Shown here: positions 6,144 through 13,140 of the stretch, one piece after another | Numbering within the stretch: position 1 is the stretch's first letter | Layout of the letters: each line of letters opens with the position of its first letter | Virus record (IMG/VR): IMGVR_UViG_3300045988_026978 | Strand: one strand, 5' to 3' | Length of the DNA: 18,619 bases | Source of the DNA: a virus | Notes under the pieces: model-generated | The model's database searches: none | The model's input: the letters and a program-made list of their open reading frames with translations, nothing else | Told to the model about the DNA's origin: nothing | Program-made: the position numbers and the translations under genes

Positions 6144-6743
6144 TTACTTTGCGGTTTTTATGAAATTGTTGGCCACGACTGCGTTAGCGAGGTTTTCGAC
6201 CGTCAACGAGGTGATGGGTTCGCCATCATCCACATGCACGTCACGCGGGGTGATGCGCGGCTCGTTGTTGTGGAAAATGGTCTTGTTGCCAAGCACGGCG
6301 AACTCAAGGCACGTATGCGCTGCGGCCATAGGAGTGGAAAGTTGTGCCATCTGGTTGACTCGCGCCCCGAACACTGCCAACTCTCGGTACAGATCACGAT
6401 TTGTGTTTTTGGAGTCTTCATATTTGCCGCGAGTCGGGTTGTACGTGAGGTCTGAGTCTTCGTACTGTCCGACCTGCTTTTCCAAGTCATCCAACGTCTT
6501 GTTGATACGCTCGAACTGCGTGTTAAAATCGGCGATCAATTGTTTGATCGCTTCGATGTCCGCGTTTTCGTCTTTGGCGAGATTGTCAAGCTGTTCTCTG
6601 AGATGGTCAAGATGTTCGGCCACCTCCTGCACATATCCCAACACTGTCAAGGTATCGCGGTACGAAAACGGTTGTACTGTGGTGAAATACCGTTGTCGTG
6701 GGTCGATGTCCAAGGGTGCGGCGCACATGTTTAGTCCGTCCAT
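6144..6743 (-). CDS. Hypothetical virion protein with an acidic coiled-coil-like central region, 199 aa
   Basis: Lies in the late operon between the lower collar and the fibre genes. RBS GGAGAATT-ATG. Heptad-like LDHLREQLDNLAKDENADIEAIKQLIADFNTQFERINKTLDDLEKQV. Function unknown. Confidence 0.7.
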   Translation of the reverse strand: MDGLNMCAAPLDIDPRQRYFTTVQPFSYRDTLTVLGYVQEVAEHLDHLREQLDNLAKDENADIEAIKQLIADFNTQFERINKTLDDLEKQVGQYEDSDLTYNPTRGKYEDSKNTNRDLYRELAVFGARVNQMAQLSTPMAAAHTCLEFAVLGNKTIFHNNEPRITPRDVHVDDGEPITSLTVENLANAVVANNFIKTAK

Positions 6744-6774
6744 AATTCTCCAATCTGTCTGTATTAAGTATACT

Positions 6775-7590
6775 CTAATGGCCGAGATTATAGGCGAGGG
6801 GTGTGCTGTAAAGTTGGGGTACGTTGATCATGTTGTCGCCACTGCCCCACATGCCCATAAACAAGTCTTCCAACGAGTTAATCACCATCATATCAATGTT
6901 GAGCATGGTATTCCGCCAATCAAGCAAAAGCTGGGATTGCGAACCACTCGTGCCGAGCGTATGTGAGGTGGAATTGCCCTTGTCGGAAGAGTGCGCATAG
7001 TCGGTGTTGCTGGTACTGGATGCCGTGGCGCTGCTGTCCTGCTGTGTGCTTGTATGCGTGTTGCCGAGCGAGTCGGTCTGTGACGCACTGGTGGCAAACT
7101 TGCGAAAATCATCGATACGGGTCTGAGGGAATTCCGAGTTGAACGTCATGCTGGAATTATCGGCGGTAGTGTCGGACGTGCTGTTTGCCGTGGATTCGTT
7201 TGACTGCGTGCCCGTGGATTTGCCGCTGGATTCGTTGGTGCTGGTCGAATCCATTTCCTGCCTGATGTCTGAGGTAATGAAGGGGTCGAACTTGCGTTGT
7301 GCAGACAAATAGAGCTGATTGTAATAGTCCATCTGCTCCCGCATGGTACGCCCCAAGTAGAACACGAACATTTGCGGTGTTTCCGAACCAATCTCACGTA
7401 GTGCGTAGTGGGCTACGATTTTCTCGTTCAATTTCGTCCTATAATTTTCGTCGAAAATCGGATAATATTGGGAGCTTAAATGTAGTTTTTTGTCCGTATT
7501 GAATCCACGGTCTATCAGATTGCCGAGCGTCAAGGTGTAGTCGGCCATGCTGTCTTTGATGGCATACATGCTCAAGTCTTGCGTCATCAT
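6775..7590 (-). CDS. Lower collar protein (phi29 gp11 position), 271 aa
   Basis: Immediately downstream of the portal gene with an ATGATGA start/stop overlap. Strong RBS AAGGAGGA. The call rests mainly on synteny. Contains a long S/T/N-rich segment (residues ~113-220). Confidence 0.55.
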   Translation of the reverse strand: MMTQDLSMYAIKDSMADYTLTLGNLIDRGFNTDKKLHLSSQYYPIFDENYRTKLNEKIVAHYALREIGSETPQMFVFYLGRTMREQMDYYNQLYLSAQRKFDPFITSDIRQEMDSTSTNESSGKSTGTQSNESTANSTSDTTADNSSMTFNSEFPQTRIDDFRKFATSASQTDSLGNTHTSTQQDSSATASSTSNTDYAHSSDKGNSTSHTLGTSGSQSQLLLDWRNTMLNIDMMVINSLEDLFMGMWGSGDNMINVPQLYSTPLAYNLGH

Positions 7591-8525
7591 TCTTCCTCCT
7601 TGTTGCCTTCCACGTCCAATAGACCACCGGACGTGGTGTCATTCCATTCAATGCCAATGGGATATCCCGAGTCGGCCATTTGCGGCCACAGTCGGTTGAT
7701 CGTATCGCAAGCCTGTTGACGTGCCTTAAGATAGCTCAGTCGGAACACGTTCGTTCGACTGTTGCCCGCCGTGACTTCCGATTCAAGCAACCGCTCCTTT
7801 TTTTCTGTAGTTGAGTTGTCGATGCCGAGATAATTGACTAATTCGTTCCAAATCTGGGTTTTCGTCGTGATGATCTTATCCGCCAAAAACGGCGTGACGT
7901 TCGGAAATGTCTGGAACATGCCGGTGATGTCGGCACTGTCATATGTGTAAATGTACGGGTCGCCGTCTTCCCTCGCCTTCATAAGATTCTGGGCGGTCAA
8001 TTTGTTGGTTTCGGACGTGGCGATAATCAACGGCACACTAATATTATCCAAATTCACGTCCAAAGCGCGGTCTGCAATAGCAAGGCGCGTGGCATAATTC
8101 CACATCACGTCAATCATTGTGCAACGCAGTTGGTTGTCCCAAATCGGCACGCATTCTTTCGAGCCGATCTGCGGGTGCGAATAATGGGTTGCCACCGGTT
8201 GGAATGAGGTTGGATTGTTATAGTTGTTCACGTCACCGATGTTGCCGGACGTGACCATGAAACGGTTAACGCCCTTGCGTTTGTCGGGGAAGAAGAGGGC
8301 TAGACCATTCTCGAATAGGGTGAGTTCCAAATATCTTTCATCGATATAAGGTGGTAGATTAATCCACTTGAACCGACTTACCGCCAACATTTCAATCAGC
8401 TTCATATATTGATTAATTCGTAAGCTTTGCCGCATTTCAGGCAGATTCAGATTACCCCACATGGAGCCTAAAACGCTCTGGTTGTCCCAGTGCGCGGCCT
8501 TGCGTGCGTTATTACGTTTACCCAT
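7587..8525 (-). CDS. Portal/upper collar (connector) protein, phi29 gp10-like, 312 aa
   Basis: FKWINLPPYIDERYLE and IWNELVNYLGIDNSTTEKKERLLESEV align by eye with phi29 gp10 (FEWENLPP...; [27 protein letters not shown]). I moved the start to the ATG at 8525 (RBS AGGA). The track's 8630 start would overlap the tail-knob CDS and run through a hairpin. Confidence 0.9.
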   Translation of the reverse strand: MGKRNNARKAAHWDNQSVLGSMWGNLNLPEMRQSLRINQYMKLIEMLAVSRFKWINLPPYIDERYLELTLFENGLALFFPDKRKGVNRFMVTSGNIGDVNNYNNPTSFQPVATHYSHPQIGSKECVPIWDNQLRCTMIDVMWNYATRLAIADRALDVNLDNISVPLIIATSETNKLTAQNLMKAREDGDPYIYTYDSADITGMFQTFPNVTPFLADKIITTKTQIWNELVNYLGIDNSTTEKKERLLESEVTAGNSRTNVFRLSYLKARQQACDTINRLWPQMADSGYPIGIEWNDTTSGGLLDVEGNKEEE

Positions 8526-8543
8526 AATCACCGTCCTATATAA

Positions 8544-8578
8544 ATAATGGAGAGAGTTTTCTTGACTCTCTCCATTAT
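8544..8578 (-). terminator. Strong stem-loop after the tail-knob gene
   Basis: 14-bp perfect stem (8544..8557 with 8565..8578) and a 7-nt loop. On the minus strand it is followed by ATTTATATAGG. The stem also contains AGATATAAT (8573..8581), a near copy of the promoter motif. Confidence 0.5.
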
Positions 8579-8580
8579 AT

Positions 8581-10815
8581 CTAGTATGCGATACCGCTGA
8601 GCGGCGCATTGTCCGCATAATCGGTGACACCGATCTTGTCGGGGTCAGTCCACACGGTTACGCCGCTTTCAAAAATGCCCTTGACGGTCAGTCGGTATTC
8701 TTCGGGGCATGTCGAACTACGTACGTACAACTCGTGCAATTTCCAGTACGTGAAATTAGACATTGCCATGAGATTTGATGGAAGTTGCATGAAGCGTTGC
8801 ACATAGTACCCGTAGCGCAGCCACACCTCGCCAATGGCGTGCATGGCGGCTGGCGATATTTGCCTGAAACGTACCATGACACCGATCAGCCCGTTAGCGA
8901 GGTTGAATGCATCACCTCCCAGAGCGCCGGACGTGGTCGGCGGTACGGTCTGAGTCTGCTGAACCTGCGCGTTGATCCCAGCAATCGTGTTTTCATAATC
9001 GCCTTGCGCCGTGGCTTGAGCCAGTTGTTTGTTCATATCGGCAAGCTGCATGGTCTGCTGATTGGACAGATTCGTTTGCGCAAGGGAAAAAGCGTTGGCC
9101 TGTGAGGTTGAGGCATTGTTCGTGGTCTGCGTGTTCGCCAATTGCTGGTTCGCGGTTGACACGTTGTTGTTGTAGGTCTGCTGATTTGTCCATGCGCCAA
9201 TCGCCGTGCCCGCTATGGCACCGGCCACACCCCCCATATTGCCGGTTACAGCGGCACCGGCGGCGTTTGCAATGCCCGATCCGATGGTGTTCAATTGCGC
9301 CATCTGATTGTTGAATCCAAGATTCTTCAACGTCAAATCGGTGCCCATTTGCGCTGATTGATTGCTGATCGCGTTCATGGCGTTTCGGTTCGACGCGCCG
9401 AGCCGGTTTTGCGCACTTGCGTACTGGGTGCCGAGCTGGGCTTGCGCGTAGGCGTTGTTAATGCCCATTTGAGTTTTCTGATATCCCCAGTCCGCACTTT
9501 GCTGGGCGTACTGGCGCGTATAGGCACTGTTTGCCAATGCTAACGCCGAGCCGTTATTGACGGCCATGAAGGTTGGAAAATTGGTGATGCCGAAGGATGC
9601 GTTGAGCATTTCGCCCGTATCGATAGGCAACCCGAGTCCGTTCGGCAATGGTTGGCGGTCTCCTAGACTGCCCGCATGATAACCCCTTGCATAAAAGTTC
9701 AATCGGGGGGAAGGGGGCGCGTAATTCCATGATTCACGGATAATCAAGTCAGCACTCGGGATCTGCTCAGGCTCATACGTGATCACGGTACCGTTCAGGC
9801 AACTGCATTCGATATAAGCATAAGGGGCGGTGAGGAACTTCTTCAAATACCTGTACCGTGCTGGGAGTTGGAATGTGTCACGAAAATTCTTAATATCGAT
9901 AATATCTGCATATCTATCGGAAGAATTTGCAACATTGCCTGTTAAAAGCCAGCACGCGCCCGACCATCGCACATCCTGTCCGAACAGTTTTGGATTTTTG
10001 ACGGCATGGTTTTCAAGCATTTTCGTTGGAATGGTCGGCACCATGTAAATTCCACAAATTCCTTGCGTAGCCCATGGTTTCGTAGACCCCGCCCCGAAAA
10101 ACTTGAAAATGTCGGATGTGTTGTCTAGATAGTATAGTTCCGTGCCGTTCATCTGGTTTTCAAACGTGCTTCCGGTGGCACTTTGTACGGTTGGGTTGTC
10201 TTTATTTCCCGCGTCGGCTTCCAGTTTTACCGTGGTGGCAATGATGATGCCATACGAGTATTCCGAGTTTGACTTAGCCCCCATCAATGGGTGCCATGAC
10301 TCATTCGTGAGCACGGTGCATTTGCCGGTGTCGAGTCCTTCGGGCAGATCAAGGTACGTTTTGCCATAGTCTTTCCATGCGTTTTCGTTGGCTACTCCTA
10401 CATGTCCGCGCTCTACGTAGGCGTTGCCGAGCTGGATATCGTGCTGGAATGATTGCCACACGTCCAGTTGGATATTCAATTGTGTCGTGTTGGCGTTGAT
10501 GTAATCGCATGTCTGGATGAAATAATACCAGCTGCGGGGGGTGTCGAAGTCGTAGTCGTTCGTGGCGATCAGGTAATTGTATTGGCACGCTTGCGCAAAC
10601 GGCACGGGCAGTCTCACGGGCAGACCATACTTGCTCATGGTGCAATTCGTGAACTCGATACCATTCAACCGGTCGAAATACTCTTTCTGGGATTGTTTAT
10701 CCCATTTGACGATATCCCGGTAGCCCATATCCCACGGCACATTACACAGCTTGAAGCGCGTGTTGGGCGTCCATTTCGCATACGAAAAATTGATGGGCAA
10801 ATCGTTTGCGCTCAT
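8581..10815 (-). CDS. Tail knob/distal tube protein, phi29 gp9-like, 744 aa
   Basis: The N-terminal block (WYYFIQ...LDVWQSF...ERGHV) and C-terminal block (LRYGYYVQR...IFESGVTVWTDPDKIG) align by eye with phi29 gp9 (HKYGYKINR...IFDNGITLWHTDNIG). There is an internal Gly/Ala hydrophobic loop. RBS AGGAGGG. Confidence 0.88.
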   Translation of the reverse strand: MSANDLPINFSYAKWTPNTRFKLCNVPWDMGYRDIVKWDKQSQKEYFDRLNGIEFTNCTMSKYGLPVRLPVPFAQACQYNYLIATNDYDFDTPRSWYYFIQTCDYINANTTQLNIQLDVWQSFQHDIQLGNAYVERGHVGVANENAWKDYGKTYLDLPEGLDTGKCTVLTNESWHPLMGAKSNSEYSYGIIIATTVKLEADAGNKDNPTVQSATGSTFENQMNGTELYYLDNTSDIFKFFGAGSTKPWATQGICGIYMVPTIPTKMLENHAVKNPKLFGQDVRWSGACWLLTGNVANSSDRYADIIDIKNFRDTFQLPARYRYLKKFLTAPYAYIECSCLNGTVITYEPEQIPSADLIIRESWNYAPPSPRLNFYARGYHAGSLGDRQPLPNGLGLPIDTGEMLNASFGITNFPTFMAVNNGSALALANSAYTRQYAQQSADWGYQKTQMGINNAYAQAQLGTQYASAQNRLGASNRNAMNAISNQSAQMGTDLTLKNLGFNNQMAQLNTIGSGIANAAGAAVTGNMGGVAGAIAGTAIGAWTNQQTYNNNVSTANQQLANTQTTNNASTSQANAFSLAQTNLSNQQTMQLADMNKQLAQATAQGDYENTIAGINAQVQQTQTVPPTTSGALGGDAFNLANGLIGVMVRFRQISPAAMHAIGEVWLRYGYYVQRFMQLPSNLMAMSNFTYWKLHELYVRSSTCPEEYRLTVKGIFESGVTVWTDPDKIGVTDYADNAPLSGIAY

Positions 10816-10830
10816 GATCCCTCCTAAAAC

Positions 10831-10863
10831 AATAGGTGCGAGAATATAATTCTCGCACCTATT
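10831..10863 (-). terminator. Stem-loop after the major capsid gene, followed by GTTTTAGGAGG
   Basis: AATAGGTGCGAGAAT (10831..10845) pairs with ATTCTCGCACCTATT (10849..10863), a 15-bp perfect palindrome. On the minus strand GTTTTAGGAGGGATC-ATG follows. This is a plausible attenuator setting the capsid-to-tail stoichiometry. Confidence 0.55.
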
Positions 10864-10882
10864 TTACCAGTCGATACCTATG

Positions 10883-12601
10883 TCAGGCGGTGACGCTGAT
10901 ATCCCTATTGCCTGTCACGCCCGCGAACTTGGCTGAAACCCTGGCCGTACCAACACTCACACCAGTGACCTTGCCTGTCCTATCAACGGTGGCGTTCGCC
11001 GCATTCACAGCCCAATCGGCCATGTTGCTGATATCAACCTTATTGCCGTCATACAAGAAAACCGAGGCGGTCAGTTTGATACTCTCGCCTTGCTTGACAG
11101 TGCTTAACCCGTCAACATGGATTTCTTTCAGTGCCCCGGTGGCGAATCCGCCGACCCAAGTACCGACCACTGGCACGTCCAGTGCGGCGGAAACCGTTTG
11201 ATCGATTTCAGGCGTATTCGGGTCGATGTAGGTGGCCTGAGCCGTGACTTTGAGGCTTTCGGCGGTTTCGTCCAACCCGCAGCAGAGAATGCCGTCATTA
11301 TCGATGGTGGTGAACTGGGAGCTTGCGCCCTCAATCGCATACGTGATGCCGACTGGCTGAAACGAGGCTTTTTTGCTGTTTCCGCTTGTAATGGTGGACA
11401 CCACTTGTACCAGATCGCCACGGTTAACATTCTGCGGTTTGATGGCGGGCTGACCGTATTTCTGCACTTTCAGTTCGAACGCCGGCTTCGACGTAGTGAG
11501 CGTATCCGGCAACGTCACGGACTTTCTGGAACCTTCGCCAGTCCAAAACAGAATCGCGTTCGCAAACGGATTAGGGGTGATAGACCCCCTATGCTTGTAG
11601 AAGATATTGCGAGTGCCGTCAATCGGATTCACGGGAGAGTTCGTCGTTTCCAGCATTTCGTCCCAACAGAAGAAGAAGTCTTCGGTAGTGAGCACGGCCT
11701 GCACCTTACCGCCCTGTCCGCCGATACCGAACATGTCTTCCGGAATTGGGATGATACGATACGGCACATTCACCTTGTCAATATTGAAGGCGGCGGCGAG
11801 GGCTTCAACGTTGAGCGCGGCGATCACCTGCGGCGTAGCAAACAGGATCGCTTCCGAATCTCGCCATGGAGTCACCCACGACATGGCATTGTATCGCGGC
11901 ATAGCCGACATAGGCGACGCTTTCAGTTCGTTGGCAACCTGCTGGATAAGGCGCAACAGTCCCTTGGCGTCCGCTTCGGTGGAATTTTCCGCGCCCACGT
12001 CCGCCGTGTGGACACGGTAGAAGCCGCCCTTGCGTGCGTATTCCGCGAAACACTGGGTTTTCATGAGATACATATCGTTACGATCACTCAAGATCGGGGC
12101 GTTCATGATTTCACTGATATAGTCACTCATGCCGGACTCGCCGTCAAAAGCGGTCAGCAAGGCATCCTCGGGAATCGTGATGGGATAATAATGGTCGAAC
12201 GTGAGCGGGTGGAATACGCTTGCGGTCGGCAGACTGTAGCGTCCGTAGACGTCATCGCCGAGATATTCCTTGTTGAAATTACGGGTGCGTGCCTTGACCA
12301 AGCCTACTGCCGCCTGCTCATACGTGGAGCCGTAACGCTTGAGCGTGCGTGGGGAGCCAATCAGCTTGAGCGGGTCATCCCAGTCCGCGTGCTGGATATA
12401 CAGGCCGATAAGACGCTGAATCAAAACACCGGTGAACTCATCGCGTAAGTATGGGAAGTTACGCATGGCGTCCACCGCATTGCGGATATTGCCCTGCGTG
12501 GCAGACGGGATACGGACCTGGAACTGTGGGGATGTGGCGTTACGGACGGCGTTGAAAATCTCAACGTCACCCTTACCGGCCAATGGTCGAATATTGGACA
12601 T
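10883..12601 (-). CDS. Major capsid protein, phi29 gp8-like, with C-terminal Ig-like (BIG2-type) domain(s), 572 aa
   Basis: Several blocks align by eye with phi29 gp8: IFNAVRN; FTGVLIQRLIG; EDALLTAF...YISEIMNA; AALNVEALAAAFNID; NPFANAILF. The C-terminal beta-rich segment ends VSVGTARVSAKFAGVTGNRDISVTA. Confidence 0.93.
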   Translation of the reverse strand: MSNIRPLAGKGDVEIFNAVRNATSPQFQVRIPSATQGNIRNAVDAMRNFPYLRDEFTGVLIQRLIGLYIQHADWDDPLKLIGSPRTLKRYGSTYEQAAVGLVKARTRNFNKEYLGDDVYGRYSLPTASVFHPLTFDHYYPITIPEDALLTAFDGESGMSDYISEIMNAPILSDRNDMYLMKTQCFAEYARKGGFYRVHTADVGAENSTEADAKGLLRLIQQVANELKASPMSAMPRYNAMSWVTPWRDSEAILFATPQVIAALNVEALAAAFNIDKVNVPYRIIPIPEDMFGIGGQGGKVQAVLTTEDFFFCWDEMLETTNSPVNPIDGTRNIFYKHRGSITPNPFANAILFWTGEGSRKSVTLPDTLTTSKPAFELKVQKYGQPAIKPQNVNRGDLVQVVSTITSGNSKKASFQPVGITYAIEGASSQFTTIDNDGILCCGLDETAESLKVTAQATYIDPNTPEIDQTVSAALDVPVVGTWVGGFATGALKEIHVDGLSTVKQGESIKLTASVFLYDGNKVDISNMADWAVNAANATVDRTGKVTGVSVGTARVSAKFAGVTGNRDISVTA

Positions 12602-12617
12602 TGTTTATACCTTTCTG

Positions 12618-12902
12618 TTAGTCGAACAAATCTTCGATGGACTCTTGCGCCTTATCACCGTCGCCACCATTATCATTGTCGGATGGGGTGGGGTCGGTGT
12701 AGCCGAGCGTATCCATCATGGCCTTCAACGTAGCCAATTCTTTTTCAATGGAGTCGAGTCGTGCGGAAACGTCCGGTTCCTGTTTCGGTTCCGGTCCCGG
12801 CTCCTTCGGTTTGACTTCATCATCTACGGTTTCGGTCTGCTGTTCCTCTTCGGTCGGCGGTGGGGTAGTGTTTTCCTCGCCGTCATTGTTTGGGTCTGCC
12901 AT
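12618..12902 (-). CDS. Scaffolding protein candidate (phi29 gp7 position), 94 aa, highly acidic
   Basis: First gene of the late operon, directly upstream of the capsid gene. Its size is close to that of gp7. Acidic with a helical centre (LDSIEKELATLKAMMDTL), ending IEDLFD. RBS AAGGAG. Confidence 0.65.
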   Translation of the reverse strand: MADPNNDGEENTTPPPTEEEQQTETVDDEVKPKEPGPEPKQEPDVSARLDSIEKELATLKAMMDTLGYTDPTPSDNDNGGDGDKAQESIEDLFD

Positions 12903-12938
12903 GCAAAGCTCCTTACGATTGATAATGTTTCCATCAAA

Positions 12939-12947
12939 ATTATATCA
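12939..12947 (-). promoter_or_regulatory. Late-operon promoter, perfect extended -10 TGATATAAT (minus strand)
   Basis: Reverse complement of attatatca. It lies about 37 nt upstream of the scaffold ATG (12902) and immediately downstream of the terminator at 12955..12987. Confidence 0.65.
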
Positions 12948-12954
12948 TGCGGCG

Positions 12955-12987
12955 AGAAAATAAATGACCCCGCAATCACGCGGGGTC
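12955..12987 (-). terminator. Intrinsic terminator (minus strand)
   Basis: GACCCCGC (12966..12973) pairs with GCGGGGTC (12980..12987), a GC-rich 8-bp stem with a 6-nt loop. On the minus strand ATTTATTTTCT follows. Confidence 0.8.
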
Positions 12988-13127
12988 TAGACTGTCTTAT
13001 GTGAGCGCAAAGTGAAAATCGTAGGGCACTACCGCCACGATAGTGATGTTCACGGTCGGCGGCATTCTCAGCCGTGGCAGTCCGACCCACGTTATCCCCA
13101 GTCGAAAATCGACGCTCAGAAGACAAT
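12955..13127 (-). ncRNA. Candidate structured ncRNA of ~170 nt (pRNA-like packaging RNA hypothesis)
   Basis: Bounded by the extended -10 TGCTATAAT (13132..13140) and the terminator at 12955..12987. No credible ORF. Hand-paired end-to-end helices and complementary loops are detailed in the findings. Ends are approximate. Confidence 0.4.
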
Positions 13128-13131
13128 AGAC

Positions 13132-13140
13132 ATTATAGCA
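13132..13140 (-). promoter_or_regulatory. Extended -10 promoter TGCTATAAT (minus strand) overlapping the polymerase stop codon
   Basis: Reverse complement of attatagca. The TAA inside TATAAT is the stop codon of CDS 13133..14584. The identical 9-mer occurs at 15644..15652. Confidence 0.5.

Noticed and set aside
6931-7254. Long Ser/Thr/Asn-rich low-complexity segment in the lower collar protein
   Set aside because: Compositional low complexity without repeat structure at the DNA level. It is plausibly a flexible or tube-lining segment of a structural protein, and I cannot argue a specific function from sequence.
8526-8630. N-terminal 35-residue extension of the portal ORF (track start 8630)
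   Set aside because: It would overlap the tail-knob CDS by 50 nt and run through the 14-bp hairpin. The internal ATG at 8525 has an RBS and gives a gp10-like length.
10877-10885. TGACATAGG on the minus strand overlapping the capsid stop codon (degenerate copy of the TGATATAGT motif)
   Set aside because: The -10 hexamer CATAGG lacks the critical T at the first position and the final T. It is probably not a functional promoter and may be a decayed copy.
11117-12448. 443-aa plus-strand ORF
   Set aside because: It is antisense to the well-supported major capsid gene and has Arg/Gly/His-rich composition typical of shadow ORFs. The same reasoning rejects 3465..4112, 4915..5592, 6160..6966, 12432..13004, 14996..15454 and 15455..16285 (all +).
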